Shown here piece after piece: positions 54,078-64,000 of a stretch of DNA of 64,000 bases. Position 1 is the stretch's first letter. Every line of letters begins with the position of its first letter. Origin of the DNA: Minutocellus sp. GHC0000111 (Eukaryota); NCBI GenBank assembly GCA_977018835.1, contig OZ361259.1:2542001-2606000 (forward strand). Direction: 5' to 3'. The notes under the pieces were generated by a model that searched no databases, had not been told where the DNA came from, and worked only from the letters and a program-made list of their open reading frames with translations. A program made the translations under genes and the position numbers.

Positions 54078-54947
54078 ATGAGCGGTGCCAATTCAAGGGA
54101 TGGGAATGCTGGCGATGGTGCATCATCCCCCTCGCCACCTTCAAAAGCAGAAGAAAGCAGTGGGACCAATTCGTCTCCAGCAAGCGCACCGCATATGCAA
54201 ATATTAGACGAACTCGAAGTCAAGGCGCGGGGACTTTGTGGTGGCGGATCAGGTACGGATGCTGCCAGCGACGGAAATATGATGCAACAAAAGGGTGGAC
54301 CAAGTGAAGAATGGACCCTGGCTGACGATGCCAGGTTGGCAAGCTTCGTTCAGGAATTCACGGCCCATATTCAACGAAGGGCGCAATCGATTGCCGGTGC
54401 CGTTGTGGCGTTGGAAAACAAGAGAGATCGTGCGGCGGCAAAGGTAGAATTGGCCAAGAGCGCCTTCTTGGCACTGCCGGATCAAAGACTCGTGCAGCAA
54501 GTGGTTGTGGATGGTACTGGTATTGACGACACTGAGGAGCCACCGCTACAAGGAAATAAGGGAGATGAACACGAAAACCAGGCTAGTACTACAGATGAAG
54601 AGCAGGACCCAATTCAAAAGCAACAACATTTAGAAGACCAGGCCATAAAGGATGGCATGAAAGGTTTGAAGCTATTCTATGATCCAGCACAGGCTACCGG
54701 AACCGAAGATCACTACTTTGGGTTAGACCAAGGGGACGATTCTGCTTGTTACTACGAGTCGGCACTGGCAGATACATTCAATCAAAGGCCACTACCATTC
54801 GTTGTCGGTAGCCGTGAGTTCATGGAGAGTAGAGACGCCGGCTTAGGCGAGGAATATGGTGCCGATGACGACGAGGAGGAAGGTGGTGGGTCCCTTTTGA
54901 TCGATGGTATGAGCGGCAGCTTTCTTCTCGATACAAGTACAGAATAG
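54078..54947 (+). CDS. WASHC2: WASH complex subunit 2 (FAM21) head domain, short form
   Basis: WTLADDARLASFVQEFT...FLALPDQRLVQQVV and RPLPFVVGSREFMESRDAGLG match the FAM21 motifs WSLAADAGLL.FLQEFS...FLMLSNTQFIENRV and RPLPYLIGS..FME..DVGL. Confidence 0.8.
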   Translation: MSGANSRDGNAGDGASSPSPPSKAEESSGTNSSPASAPHMQILDELEVKARGLCGGGSGTDAASDGNMMQQKGGPSEEWTLADDARLASFVQEFTAHIQRRAQSIAGAVVALENKRDRAAAKVELAKSAFLALPDQRLVQQVVVDGTGIDDTEEPPLQGNKGDEHENQASTTDEEQDPIQKQQHLEDQAIKDGMKGLKLFYDPAQATGTEDHYFGLDQGDDSACYYESALADTFNQRPLPFVVGSREFMESRDAGLGEEYGADDDEEEGGGSLLIDGMSGSFLLDTSTE

Positions 54948-55083
54948 GCTATACGAAAAGCTTCGTAGCTGCGAACTCGTAGATCAATATTTAGACTAGA
55001 AGTCGGCGCGAGAACGCATTAAAGGGACATTGATGAATACCAGTACAACATCAAGTTGATTAGTTTTTTAAAATTAGTTACTC

Positions 55084-58000
55084 TCATTGTCTGCGACTAC
55101 CGCCGCGCTTGGGCTTGGGAGCGCCGCTTTCCGAAGATTCGTCGCTGCGGTTGCGCTTTCTCTTGGCGGCGGTGGAATCATCATCGTCGCCCTTCATCGA
55201 CGCTGTATCGTCGTTATCATCGCTCCCCTGATTGCTCTTATTGCGCCGAGACACTCTGGGCGGTGGAGCAGCCTTCACTTCGGGCTTGCTCCGCTTCTTG
55301 GGCATGGTGAACTCCTGGTTCTCGATGGCACTATTGCGTTCCTTGATGTAGGCCGCAAGAATCTCAGCAGCGTGGTCTTGGCTCATACCAAGCTCATCAA
55401 GTTCGTGCTCGAGTCGTTCCTTCAGGGTGACCAGGTCGGACTTCATCTCGGCGAGAAGGCCCTCAACTCGCTCGGCGCGTTCGTCCAGCACATGACGAGT
55501 CCGTTCGTTGTATGCTCGGATCCGTCTCTGCCGATGCAACTCGTTGCGAAGCTGGTTGGCCCTGCCCTTCAGGGTTACAAGCTCGTAGCGGACGTCTTCC
55601 CACTGCTTAATATCGGAGGGGACGCCAGGGTTATCGTGGCGGCCAAGGATGCCCTTCCCATCAAAGAGCATGGGGTCGAGGTACTGCTCGAACTTCTCAA
55701 AGGGGATGGTGGCTAGGGAAGTTCCGCGCAGGCTGGGGTTGAGAAGCAGACCCGACGCAACGGGCACGACCCGGTTGGTGCTCATCTTGGTCTTGGACAA
55801 GTCGGCATATCCCAATCCGTACTCATCTAGCTTGGCCTTGGCATCCTCCGATGATGTGACCTGCTGCGATGGCGTATCGATCTCCATGGAATTTTCACCG
55901 CCACTGCCCGAGGAGGCAAGAGAGGTAGAGCGCGACGATGGCGTGGCGTACGTGAGACTGTCCATGGCATCGATATTGGCGCAGCATCCAACGGACTTGG
56001 CCGTTGCGACCATCTTCTTCCAACGCTCAATGAGCTGCTCGTCAGAGTACGACGACGGATCTTCGACGAGGGTGAGGTCGGAGAGACCAAACGACTGGAC
56101 AGAGCCATCCGAGTTCAGACGGACCTTGACCTGCGCCGGGATAAGATTGAGCTCGACCTTCTTCAAGGGCACCTTGGTAGCAGCTTTATCCTTCTCACCC
56201 TCGGCAGCCTTAGTCTTGTCCTTCTCCTCGTCCTTCTTCGCTGCATCACCGGCCTTGGCATCGTCCTTGGACTTCTCATCGGCGGCATCATCGCCATCCT
56301 TCTTCGCCGATGCGTCGGAAGAGGCTCCAAATCCATGGGCGGGAGTGGCGGTTGAATCCTTGGCCGCGGCAGCAGCATCGTCGCCCTTTGCATCCTTGGT
56401 CTCTTCCGTCTTCTTCGTCTTGGCTTCTTCCTCTGCCGCCGCCGCCTTTTGGGCCTTGACCTCGTCCTCATCGGGAATCTCCACCAGCTTCGGAGCGGCA
56501 ACGTCCACGACGACGCCATCTCCCTGGGGTGTCTTGACACTGTCGCCTGGTAGGATCCAACCACTGGCAAGGAAGGCCGACGTACGGCTGCCGGGAGTAT
56601 CATCGTCGTCCTCTTCCTCGTCCTTCTTCTCCTCCGGCACGGGCACACCACCGACGCCGACCGAGCACCACGGCTTGTCCGCGGAAGCGTTCGACCCGCC
56701 CACCTTGGCCCTGAGGGCGGTGAGGACGTCGTGCATGGCCTTGGACCCGATGCCCCCGTCGGTGTCGGTGCTGCGGGTCTTGGTCAGGTCGGCCCTCTCG
56801 ATGCACTGGGCCTGGACGGCCTCGAGGTCGCGCTCGAGGGCGACGCCCTCGTCGCGCAGGACGCGGAGGTGGGCCAAAAAGTGCGAGCGGAGATGTCCGC
56901 CGAGGATCTCGTACCGCTCGGTCTCCTTCTCGCTGCCGTGGAGGAGGTTGCGGGTGTCCGACACGGTCTTGCGGTAGTTCTCCAGATCCTTCTCCATGTC
57001 CTTGGGGTGGGACTGCCACCGGGCGAAGCGGTTCTTCTTGTTCTTGGCATCGGAGTGGGGAAGGCGGGGGGGATCGAAGGCGACGGTCGACTCGATGATG
57101 TGGGGGTAACGGGGCTGGCCCTTCTCCTGCTGGGCGGTGGGATTGTTGGGGTCGGGAGTGGGGAGGGAACCGGGGAGGGGGTCGGTATCGGCGGGCGGGA
57201 CAAAGGCCGGCGACGGGCCGGTGGCGGACGCACCACCAGCACCCAGCAGATCGCCCCCGTCGGAGGCATCGCTGATACCGCCATCGTCGTCGATGTCCAT
57301 GTAGGCATCGTGCGTGCTGGTGTCCATCCCCGAGCTCCTGCGTCCGCCCTTGCCGGCCGAGGAAGAGGAGGCTGCCGCCGCCCCCGCCGAGGAGGAGGAG
57401 CTTCCAGACTTGCTGCTGGCAATGGTACCGGCCGTACCGCTGACGCCGGTGAGGATGGACCGGGCCAAAGCCAGATCGCGCTTCACCTCCGATCGCTGCA
57501 GGGCCCGGAATCCATCGGCGGCGGGAACGTGGCGGAGGCGCGTCCGGCGCTCCTCCTCGGTGAGGGTGTCGAGGAAGCTCATGCCGGTCCCCCCCGCGGG
57601 GTTGACGCTGGCGGTCCGGATCTCGGCGGCATCGAGCAGGGACGACATGGCCGTCTCCCCCGCGGCCCCGGTGCCGCCGGCCTCGCGATCGGCCGCCTTG
57701 CTGGCCGTCCGGGCCGAGACGCGCGTGGCCTCCAGGACGGGCTTCTTGGCGGGCGCCTCCTCCTCGGCAGCGGCGGCAGGAGCTGGGGCAGCAGCTGCAG
57801 CTGTATCGTCATCACCGCCATTGGCAGCGGCACCAGCAGCACCAGCCGACTCGCCTTCCCGCACGTCCATCGACGAGCTGCGAGTGCGGCGCGGAGCCTC
57901 CTGCTGGGACTTGCCGTCGCCACCACCGCTGCCGCCGTTCTCGGTAGCCGCCGATGCGTCCTTCATGTCGACGTCACCGCCGTTGGCGGCGGCAGCATCG

Positions 58001-58092
58001 GCACCGTTGGCGGCAGCCGACTCCGAAGCCGGCGCAGCGGTGGCATCTGCAGCAGCCTCCGAAGACGGCGGCGAAGGATTCTCTTCCGACAT
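55084..58092 (-). CDS. Hypothetical 1002-aa protein with disordered regions, coiled coils and a basic NLS-like C-terminus
   Basis: Intronless ORF with strong coding codon bias, coiled coils (DLENYRKT..., LVTLKGRANQLRNEL...), a beta-barrel-like motif LPGDSVKTPQGDGVVVDV, and KRKR/PKPKR. Confidence 0.8.
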   Translation of the reverse strand: MSEENPSPPSSEAAADATAAPASESAAANGADAAAANGGDVDMKDASAATENGGSGGGDGKSQQEAPRRTRSSSMDVREGESAGAAGAAANGGDDDTAAAAAPAPAAAAEEEAPAKKPVLEATRVSARTASKAADREAGGTGAAGETAMSSLLDAAEIRTASVNPAGGTGMSFLDTLTEEERRTRLRHVPAADGFRALQRSEVKRDLALARSILTGVSGTAGTIASSKSGSSSSSAGAAAASSSSAGKGGRRSSGMDTSTHDAYMDIDDDGGISDASDGGDLLGAGGASATGPSPAFVPPADTDPLPGSLPTPDPNNPTAQQEKGQPRYPHIIESTVAFDPPRLPHSDAKNKKNRFARWQSHPKDMEKDLENYRKTVSDTRNLLHGSEKETERYEILGGHLRSHFLAHLRVLRDEGVALERDLEAVQAQCIERADLTKTRSTDTDGGIGSKAMHDVLTALRAKVGGSNASADKPWCSVGVGGVPVPEEKKDEEEDDDDTPGSRTSAFLASGWILPGDSVKTPQGDGVVVDVAAPKLVEIPDEDEVKAQKAAAAEEEAKTKKTEETKDAKGDDAAAAAKDSTATPAHGFGASSDASAKKDGDDAADEKSKDDAKAGDAAKKDEEKDKTKAAEGEKDKAATKVPLKKVELNLIPAQVKVRLNSDGSVQSFGLSDLTLVEDPSSYSDEQLIERWKKMVATAKSVGCCANIDAMDSLTYATPSSRSTSLASSGSGGENSMEIDTPSQQVTSSEDAKAKLDEYGLGYADLSKTKMSTNRVVPVASGLLLNPSLRGTSLATIPFEKFEQYLDPMLFDGKGILGRHDNPGVPSDIKQWEDVRYELVTLKGRANQLRNELHRQRRIRAYNERTRHVLDERAERVEGLLAEMKSDLVTLKERLEHELDELGMSQDHAAEILAAYIKERNSAIENQEFTMPKKRSKPEVKAAPPPRVSRRNKSNQGSDDNDDTASMKGDDDDSTAAKRKRNRSDESSESGAPKPKRGGSRRQ

Positions 58093-59011
58093 TTTTTTTT
58101 TCGAGAGAAGAACAAAGGTCTGAAAGCTTGGGAATCAACTAACTGACCAGCTCAGTTGTAAGCAAGGATTCACGGAACAACCAAACGTTCTGCTCTGTGC
58201 AACCTGACAATATGTTGGGGATGGACGGAACGAGATGAATTATGTGTCAGAAATAAATTTGAGGTTGCGTTGGAAGATACCGCGTAAAAACATGCATGTA
58301 TTGCACGGCCGGCCTCAAAATTCGCACGCAGATGGAAAGACCCACACGCGCGCGCCGATTGCAGATGCAATGTGCAATCGCCTCCAGCTTTTGCAGCGCT
58401 GCAAGAAATAGAGAGAGCGGGGTGCGGTAATAACGTTCGAACGTCTCTCGGCTGCTGCTGCTGCCGCTTTGCTTGGTGGCCTCGCGCCATTTTTGTGCGG
58501 CTTTGGCGGATGAGCTGCGACTCATAAAACCAAGGTATGCAGGCAAAACTCTACGGTACGTACGTAGCTACTAGCTCGTACGAAGTACCAAAAAACGAGA
58601 CCGCCCCCCGTCGCCTTCCGACTCCGCCTCCCCGGCGACCCCGTCATCGCGCCGGCACCCAGATGCAGCGATATGCGCAAAACATCACGGGCCGTCGGCG
58701 GAATCCACCGGCGGACCGCGGGGACACCGGGACCGAACAGGAACGACGCGCCAACGGACCCCCTCGGCATGCCTTACCTTTTCGCTTCGTGTTGTGTTCG
58801 GTGCGGTGATGATGATGTCCGCTGGCTTTTTGTATTGTTGGGCGAGCGGTCGCACTCAAAAACCATGTCCCAAAAATCGAAACGAAAAAATAATATTTGG
58901 ATAAATAAATGTGCCGCACCTTGAAGACACAGGCACTAAAAAGGACAGTCAAGCACTAGATCTACCCTCGACCGTTCATTTATTTTCTCGCCACTTCTGT
59001 TACCCACCAGC

Positions 59012-60316
59012 ATGACGGCAGATGAGGCGGCATCTACGCCCTTGGTAGAGACCAAAATCACCAATCCCGGCATAGCCGATCGCCTCGAGAAGGATGTGGC
59101 CGGATTTGAACGATATGGATTCTCCTTCGATGCAAGCACCAAAGTATTCCGTGCACCGCCGCCACAGGCATCATTACGGTCGTCGCAATCATCTCCCACG
59201 TCCTGTAGCATTCACCAACAACATCTCTGGGTGACCATCCCCAAAGCGGCGCTGGTGGCCAGCGTTGGGCCGTTTCTGCGCACCTTGGTCCGAATTTCCG
59301 ATGGCGTTGACCCGCAGACACTCCGGGCAGTGGTGTCTTTCTGCTGGAGTGAAGATGGCGATGGCGATGATGACATTGCATCGGCAGCCGCGAGAATAGC
59401 GCATCACGTGCACATGATTGTCCGGAACAGCATGAGCGCGGCACTGTTTCTCACTTCATTGTCGATTCTATTGCCGAACAACATGCCAATCTGTCGAGTG
59501 AGGGATGCAATGAGGGAAAATGAAGATGTAAACTATCCAACGATTGCATTGCACGAACGACGGGTCGAGGACAATAATTGTGACGAGAATCATTTGGCCG
59601 ATGCGACAGAAGGGCGACCGTCTCCTCCTGTATGTATCAATGATTATGTTTCATTTGATGGCAGTGACGACGTATCGGCGCGGGTTTTGGTTCAAACAAG
59701 AATGTGCACGGTCCGGTTGACTCCCATTCTCTACTATTTGGCCAGGGCACTGAGGAAGGAATGTCAAGTAACAACAAGAGACGAAAACAAACCGGTCGCC
59801 CAAATTCAAGACCAATCGACACCATTGCCACTGATATTAGCGTGCGTGGACAAGGTGGCAAATCTATTCCGAATCATCATGCTGGCACGAGACTACAAGG
59901 CACAGCATAATCTGATAATTGTCGTGCGTGATGATCGAATACAAGCAAGGTTGACGGCTGAGATGACAAAGTTCATCGCTGGTCTGGATCCAGCAGATGA
60001 TTGTGGAGATGGAATGCCACGAATAGTAACAATCAATGGGGCGGTAGCTCTGCTTGAAAAGGAGTGCAGCGGGGAAATTGTGGCTGTAGACCTACATCCT
60101 GACGCTCTGACTCTCGATGAAACGAACGATGGTGCTCTTTTGGCACTCCGATCGGCAGGAGCTGTGATCTGGGGCTTCGAAAAAGATGGAATACCTGATG
60201 CTATTGATGAAATGGCTGAATGTTATGTTCAAGTGAGATGTCGTTCATCACTCAATCTGGTTGCGGCAATGTCAGTAGTTCTTCATCGAGGTTGGTCGAT
60301 CCGAGCGACATCGTAA
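59012..60316 (+). CDS. SpoU/TrmH-family (SPOUT) tRNA/rRNA 2'-O-methyltransferase
   Basis: LILACVDKVANLFRII (motif 1 variant), AVIWGFEKDGIP (motif 2, GxExxG), SSLNLVAAMSVVLH (motif 3, SLNxxxA). Confidence 0.78.
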   Translation: MTADEAASTPLVETKITNPGIADRLEKDVAGFERYGFSFDASTKVFRAPPPQASLRSSQSSPTSCSIHQQHLWVTIPKAALVASVGPFLRTLVRISDGVDPQTLRAVVSFCWSEDGDGDDDIASAAARIAHHVHMIVRNSMSAALFLTSLSILLPNNMPICRVRDAMRENEDVNYPTIALHERRVEDNNCDENHLADATEGRPSPPVCINDYVSFDGSDDVSARVLVQTRMCTVRLTPILYYLARALRKECQVTTRDENKPVAQIQDQSTPLPLILACVDKVANLFRIIMLARDYKAQHNLIIVVRDDRIQARLTAEMTKFIAGLDPADDCGDGMPRIVTINGAVALLEKECSGEIVAVDLHPDALTLDETNDGALLALRSAGAVIWGFEKDGIPDAIDEMAECYVQVRCRSSLNLVAAMSVVLHRGWSIRATS

Positions 60317-60403
60317 TGGGAACATCGTAATGGGATAATTACTCAAGTTAACTTGTTGGATATTACTAATATTACACGCTTATTCAATCAGGAATGGTTG
60401 TGA

Positions 60404-62470
60404 TTATGGCACAATCTTACCGCTCAAATAGTAGGTCTTGCAGGTGTCGATCTCGACATTCACCAACTTGCCTCTCAACTCATCGATATCACCATCAAAA
60501 TACACAATGTAGCCGTGAGTTGTGCGACCCAAAACCTGAGTGGGCACCTTGACATTGCGCTCCTCGACAAGTACTTCCACGGTTCGCCCCATCATCCGTG
60601 CTCTTCGTTCAGCCGCATGCTTGAGGTTAAGCTCGTTGATTCGTCGGAGACGATCCTGCTTGACCTCCTCCGATAATTGATTGTCCCAGGTTGCCGCGGG
60701 AGTATTTGGCCGAGGCGAGTAGGCCGCGGTGTTGACGGAGTCAAAAATAACCTCATCCATTAGATCCAAAGTATCCTGAAAGTCTTGCTCGGTCTCTCCG
60801 GGGAAGCCCACAATTACGTCAGCGGTAATGGATGCATCTGGTAGACGAGATCGGATGCGATCGACGATAGTCAGGAACTTTTCGCGCGTATGTCCTCGGC
60901 CCATGGCCTCCAGAACGGCATTTGAACCAGATTGGAACGGAACATGGAAACTCTCAAATGCCGCAGGAGTCTCGGCGACAGCATCGACAACACCCAGCGA
61001 CATGTACCGAGGGTGAGACGTAACGAATCGCAGTCGATCCAAACCCTCGACCGATCCAACCGCACGGAGGAGATCAGAAAATTTGCGCTTGGGGATCATA
61101 TCTCTTCCATAGGCGTCAATGTTCTGGCCCAGGAGTGTGATCTCCTTGTATCCCTTGGACACGAGCTCCTCCACCTCGCGCAGAATGCTTTCGACTGGAC
61201 GACTCTGCTCGACACCACGTGTGGTGGGGACAATGCAGTAGGTGCACCGCTCGTTGCATCCATAGATGACATTAACCCACGCAGCCACCTTGGACTGTCT
61301 CCGGGGCTTGGTGGAGTCCTCCATAATGTGCGCTGCCTCAGTCGCCACAACCTGATTTCCATACGACACATCCTCAAGCAGGTCGGAGATGCGGTTGACA
61401 TATTGCGGCCCCATGACAAGATCCAGCTCGGGTGCACGGCGGAGCAAAGCCTCGCCCTCCTGCTGAGCGACGCAGCCGGCCACGACGATGGTCACATCCT
61501 CACCCTCGCGCTTGCGCTTGGCATGGGGGCCGATGTAGCTATACACCTTCTGTTCGGCGTGATCACGGATAGAGCACGTATTGAGAACAACGAGATCGGG
61601 ATTCTTATCCCCAGACTTTTCCTCTTCGGGCTTGATGGGACGGATACCAAGGCTCTGGAGCTGTCCTTCAATGCGCTCCGAGTCAGCCATATTCATCTGG
61701 CAACCCATGGTCTCAATCTTGTAGGTCAGGTCGGTCACAATCTCATCATTGTCATCGTTGTCACCCAAAGCACCACCGAGGACACCACGAAGCTTCTTGG
61801 GCTTGCTAATCCACTTCCCAGTGGGGCTGGCCTCGTCGATTACCTTGTTGGGCTTGGGCTTGGTGAGAGTCATCTTGCGGACGTCGACCATGACGTCGGC
61901 AATCTGCACCAAGTGAACACCTCGGGAAGATTTCGTCATGACAACATCGCCGGGTTTGGTGGACATATTGAGCACATCCTTCCGAGCCTCGGGGGGCAAG
62001 ATGAGGTCCAAGTGCTCGTTCTCACCTCCGTCCTCGTTGAGACTCATCCAGCCGACATTGCCACCCTCCTCTCGCGTTTCGTAGCAATTGCTGATCTGGC
62101 CCGCCAGAGTATCGAACTGCATGCCCGCCTTTTTGAGTTCGTTGAGAGACGATTCGGCAAGGTCCTCCGAGGCAAACAGAATGTGATTGATCCGAATTGC
62201 CGTCAGGGCACCAGCAGAGGCGGAGCTACCTGCCGCCACAATCTCGCGGCTGTCGACGGTCGTTCCTCGGGCAGTTGGGAACTTGGGAGGGGGCGCTGTG
62301 AATTTGGCGTTGCTCTTCTTGCTCGTTGATACGTCCTCACTGGCCGATACCATTGAGAGGGCATCGACATTAGAGTGGCGGCAGGAAGGACAATTGATTG
62401 GCAGAGCCGGTTGGAACGCACCACCGCTCGAGGCGATGCACACCAACACAAATATTATTGGCACGAGCAT
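60404..62470 (-). CDS. miaB: Plastid-targeted tRNA 2-methylthiotransferase MiaB with an N-terminal parvulin-like domain
   Basis: Signal peptide ending GGA-FQP. UPF0004 domain [13 protein letters not shown]...[12 protein letters not shown]...VAGCVAQ. Radical SAM motif [49 protein letters not shown]-terminal TRAM domain. Confidence 0.95.
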   Translation of the reverse strand: MLVPIIFVLVCIASSGGAFQPALPINCPSCRHSNVDALSMVSASEDVSTSKKSNAKFTAPPPKFPTARGTTVDSREIVAAGSSASAGALTAIRINHILFASEDLAESSLNELKKAGMQFDTLAGQISNCYETREEGGNVGWMSLNEDGGENEHLDLILPPEARKDVLNMSTKPGDVVMTKSSRGVHLVQIADVMVDVRKMTLTKPKPNKVIDEASPTGKWISKPKKLRGVLGGALGDNDDNDEIVTDLTYKIETMGCQMNMADSERIEGQLQSLGIRPIKPEEEKSGDKNPDLVVLNTCSIRDHAEQKVYSYIGPHAKRKREGEDVTIVVAGCVAQQEGEALLRRAPELDLVMGPQYVNRISDLLEDVSYGNQVVATEAAHIMEDSTKPRRQSKVAAWVNVIYGCNERCTYCIVPTTRGVEQSRPVESILREVEELVSKGYKEITLLGQNIDAYGRDMIPKRKFSDLLRAVGSVEGLDRLRFVTSHPRYMSLGVVDAVAETPAAFESFHVPFQSGSNAVLEAMGRGHTREKFLTIVDRIRSRLPDASITADVIVGFPGETEQDFQDTLDLMDEVIFDSVNTAAYSPRPNTPAATWDNQLSEEVKQDRLRRINELNLKHAAERRARMMGRTVEVLVEERNVKVPTQVLGRTTHGYIVYFDGDIDELRGKLVNVEIDTCKTYYLSGKIVP

Positions 62471-62915
62471 GCTTGGTCAATCGATATATATTTGGTACTC
62501 GGTGTGTATCTGCAATGGTTCAAGCTACAATGCCCTGCGAGACAAACTAACTAACGGCACATCCAAACGGCGGCTCGCCTCTGGCGCTGACTGACTGGAT
62601 CTCATGGTTGCTGGGTGCGTCATGCAGGGCAGACGGCAAGACCGTCTAAAAAGTATTTTAAGGGGGCAGGACCAAAAATCAAAAAGAGGGAACTTTCCAA
62701 CGTTCCCCCATCTAATTTCGACTGAAATCGTGCCAAAAAGAGACCGAGACGGGGCAGGAACTCATGTGTTGTACCTCTGCCGTTGCGATAAAGGAACGCA
62801 GACTGCAGCCGAATATCAACACAATAGAGCCCCTTTAATTCTCTTGTTGGTCTGGATCGATTGTGCATCTTTCAGCTGGTCAAAAATCAGAGAGAAAGAG
62901 CGAGAGAGAGAGATC

Positions 62916-63248
62916 ATGACCAACGCGAAGCGAACCATTTTCCTTGCCGTCACTGCCGCGGTTGCCTTGTCGTCCCTCGGCGAGGGGGTTGCCGCCGCTG
63001 CCGGTTCATCAACGACGGCACATGCTGCCTCTCCATTTTTCCACCGTGACCTCCAGAGCAACAATGTGCTGACCGTCTGTCCCGACGCAACGCAGTGCAC
63101 CCGTGGGAGACGATGCTACAAGACCGGCCGGGAGGCGGAGGAATCGGGATTGGACGAGTATGCCTGCGGTGACTGCGAGGACATTGACGACAACAACGGC
63201 CGGTGCGAGTTCGCCGAGGAGGTCTTTTGCGTCGTCAGCGACGACTGA
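62916..63248 (+). CDS. Small secreted cysteine-rich acidic protein with an RxL processing-like motif
   Basis: Signal peptide MTNAKRTIFLAVTAAVALSSLGEGVAA, then HRDLQ, then about 60 aa with 7 Cys. Confidence 0.7.
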   Translation: MTNAKRTIFLAVTAAVALSSLGEGVAAAAGSSTTAHAASPFFHRDLQSNNVLTVCPDATQCTRGRRCYKTGREAEESGLDEYACGDCEDIDDNNGRCEFAEEVFCVVSDD

Positions 63249-63409
63249 GGTAGGAGGGGCAAACAATTCTTCGAACCTCAACATCATTCTGTCCCCTCCA
63301 GCTCTTGACTGGCCCGATGCGGTTGTATGTGATCGAATTAGAGTGCGCAAATTTTGGTGCATTCCCACTATCAGTGCTTGAAGAGAAAGTAAGTTTGTAA
63401 AAGCTGGGA

Positions 63410-63922
63410 TCATGAAGTGTCGCTTCTTGGACCGATTCCAATAGCTCTTTTCGAAGAGTTTCGCCACTCGTTCCTTTTTCCACGGAATTCATTGCTCAGA
63501 ATGTGCACGATCACTTTCACGGCATGCTGAGCCGTCTCTCGCGTCTTGGCTCTCATCATGATGCAATTGGGGCTGCCCCAGATCGGCGCAATATCGCCAT
63601 AACGTCTAGTCTGGCCAAGATGCCTTTGGCTTGCCTTCAACTGTCTATGGATCACGTCATACTTGATCCCGAGCTTCGATTCAAGTTTCTTACCTGTGGT
63701 TCCTTTAGTCCCAATCAGTTTTCCAATGATATATAAGAAAGCGACATGTTTGGGAATATCGATTCTTCTTACATGGACTGTATCAGCAGCAGTAGAGGAA
63801 GAGTCGTCATTCTTTTCAGTTTTGACCCTCTTGGCGGTGCGAGGCCGTGCGTCAGATGACAATGATAAGGATGCATCTGCCGACGAAGCTCTCTTCAAAT
63901 TAGGCCGGCCGGCAACGGACAT
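63410..63922 (-). CDS. KH-domain RNA-binding protein (possibly partial or degenerate)
   Basis: RRIDIPKHV...IIGKLIGTKGTTGKKLESKLGIK contains the KH GxxG loop. N-terminal NLS-like AKRVK. Confidence 0.55.
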   Translation of the reverse strand: MSVAGRPNLKRASSADASLSLSSDARPRTAKRVKTEKNDDSSSTAADTVHVRRIDIPKHVAFLYIIGKLIGTKGTTGKKLESKLGIKYDVIHRQLKASQRHLGQTRRYGDIAPIWGSPNCIMMRAKTRETAQHAVKVIVHILSNEFRGKRNEWRNSSKRAIGIGPRSDTS

Positions 63923-64000
63923 TGTAATTGACGAGCATTCGTCGTCGTCTCTACCAAAGCTGCTTTCGGCAGTAATGGAAGGTAGCTTTGAAGGTGACGT

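Noticed and set aside
55649..58146. Several 270-470-aa plus-strand ORFs opposite the 1002-aa gene
   Set aside because: Shadow ORFs in very GC-rich coding DNA.
60932..62329. 465-aa plus-strand ORF opposite MiaB
   Set aside because: Antisense shadow. The MiaB motifs define the coding strand.

Overview
Gene-dense eukaryotic nuclear DNA. It has short GT-AG introns, bipartite plastid presequences of the ASAFAP type, expanded MYND/Sel1 genes and a dynein assembly factor, which best fits a diatom, probably a centric lineage with flagellated sperm (taxon inferred, not proven). About 32 protein-coding genes are visible, mostly in alternating head-to-head and tail-to-tail orientation. They include MOT1/BTAF1, DNAAF4, PPIL4, a plastid parvulin, mS35, a four-repeat Myb, RIB7, eIF2B-alpha, an RPA49-like gene, DBP3, a PNUTS-like TND/RVxW/RRM protein, panC, ilvA, cytosolic LeuRS, a Dictyostelium PdeD/PdeE-type metallo-beta-lactamase + cNMP-binding phosphodiesterase, FAM21, a SpoU methylase and plastid MiaB. 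The most unusual candidates are: (1) a protein with two tandem archaeal TrmY-like SPOUT domains, possibly a single-chain pseudo-dimer; (2) a plastid MiaB with an N-terminal parvulin domain; (3) a catalysis-free zf-PARP + HRDC protein; (4) the MBL-cNMP phosphodiesterase, which carries an in-frame TGA and a 174-bp tandem duplication; (5) an 81-bp MOT1 fragment copied upstream of DNAAF4, where it creates a uORF; and (6) a TACATGTA palindrome seen only in non-coding DNA. Several genes carry small indels, mostly in homopolymers or microsatellites, which suggests an imperfectly polished assembly, so gene-disruption claims need read-level checks. I saw no rRNA, tRNA, CRISPR array or recognisable transposon. 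All family assignments come from recognising motifs by eye; no database searches were run.
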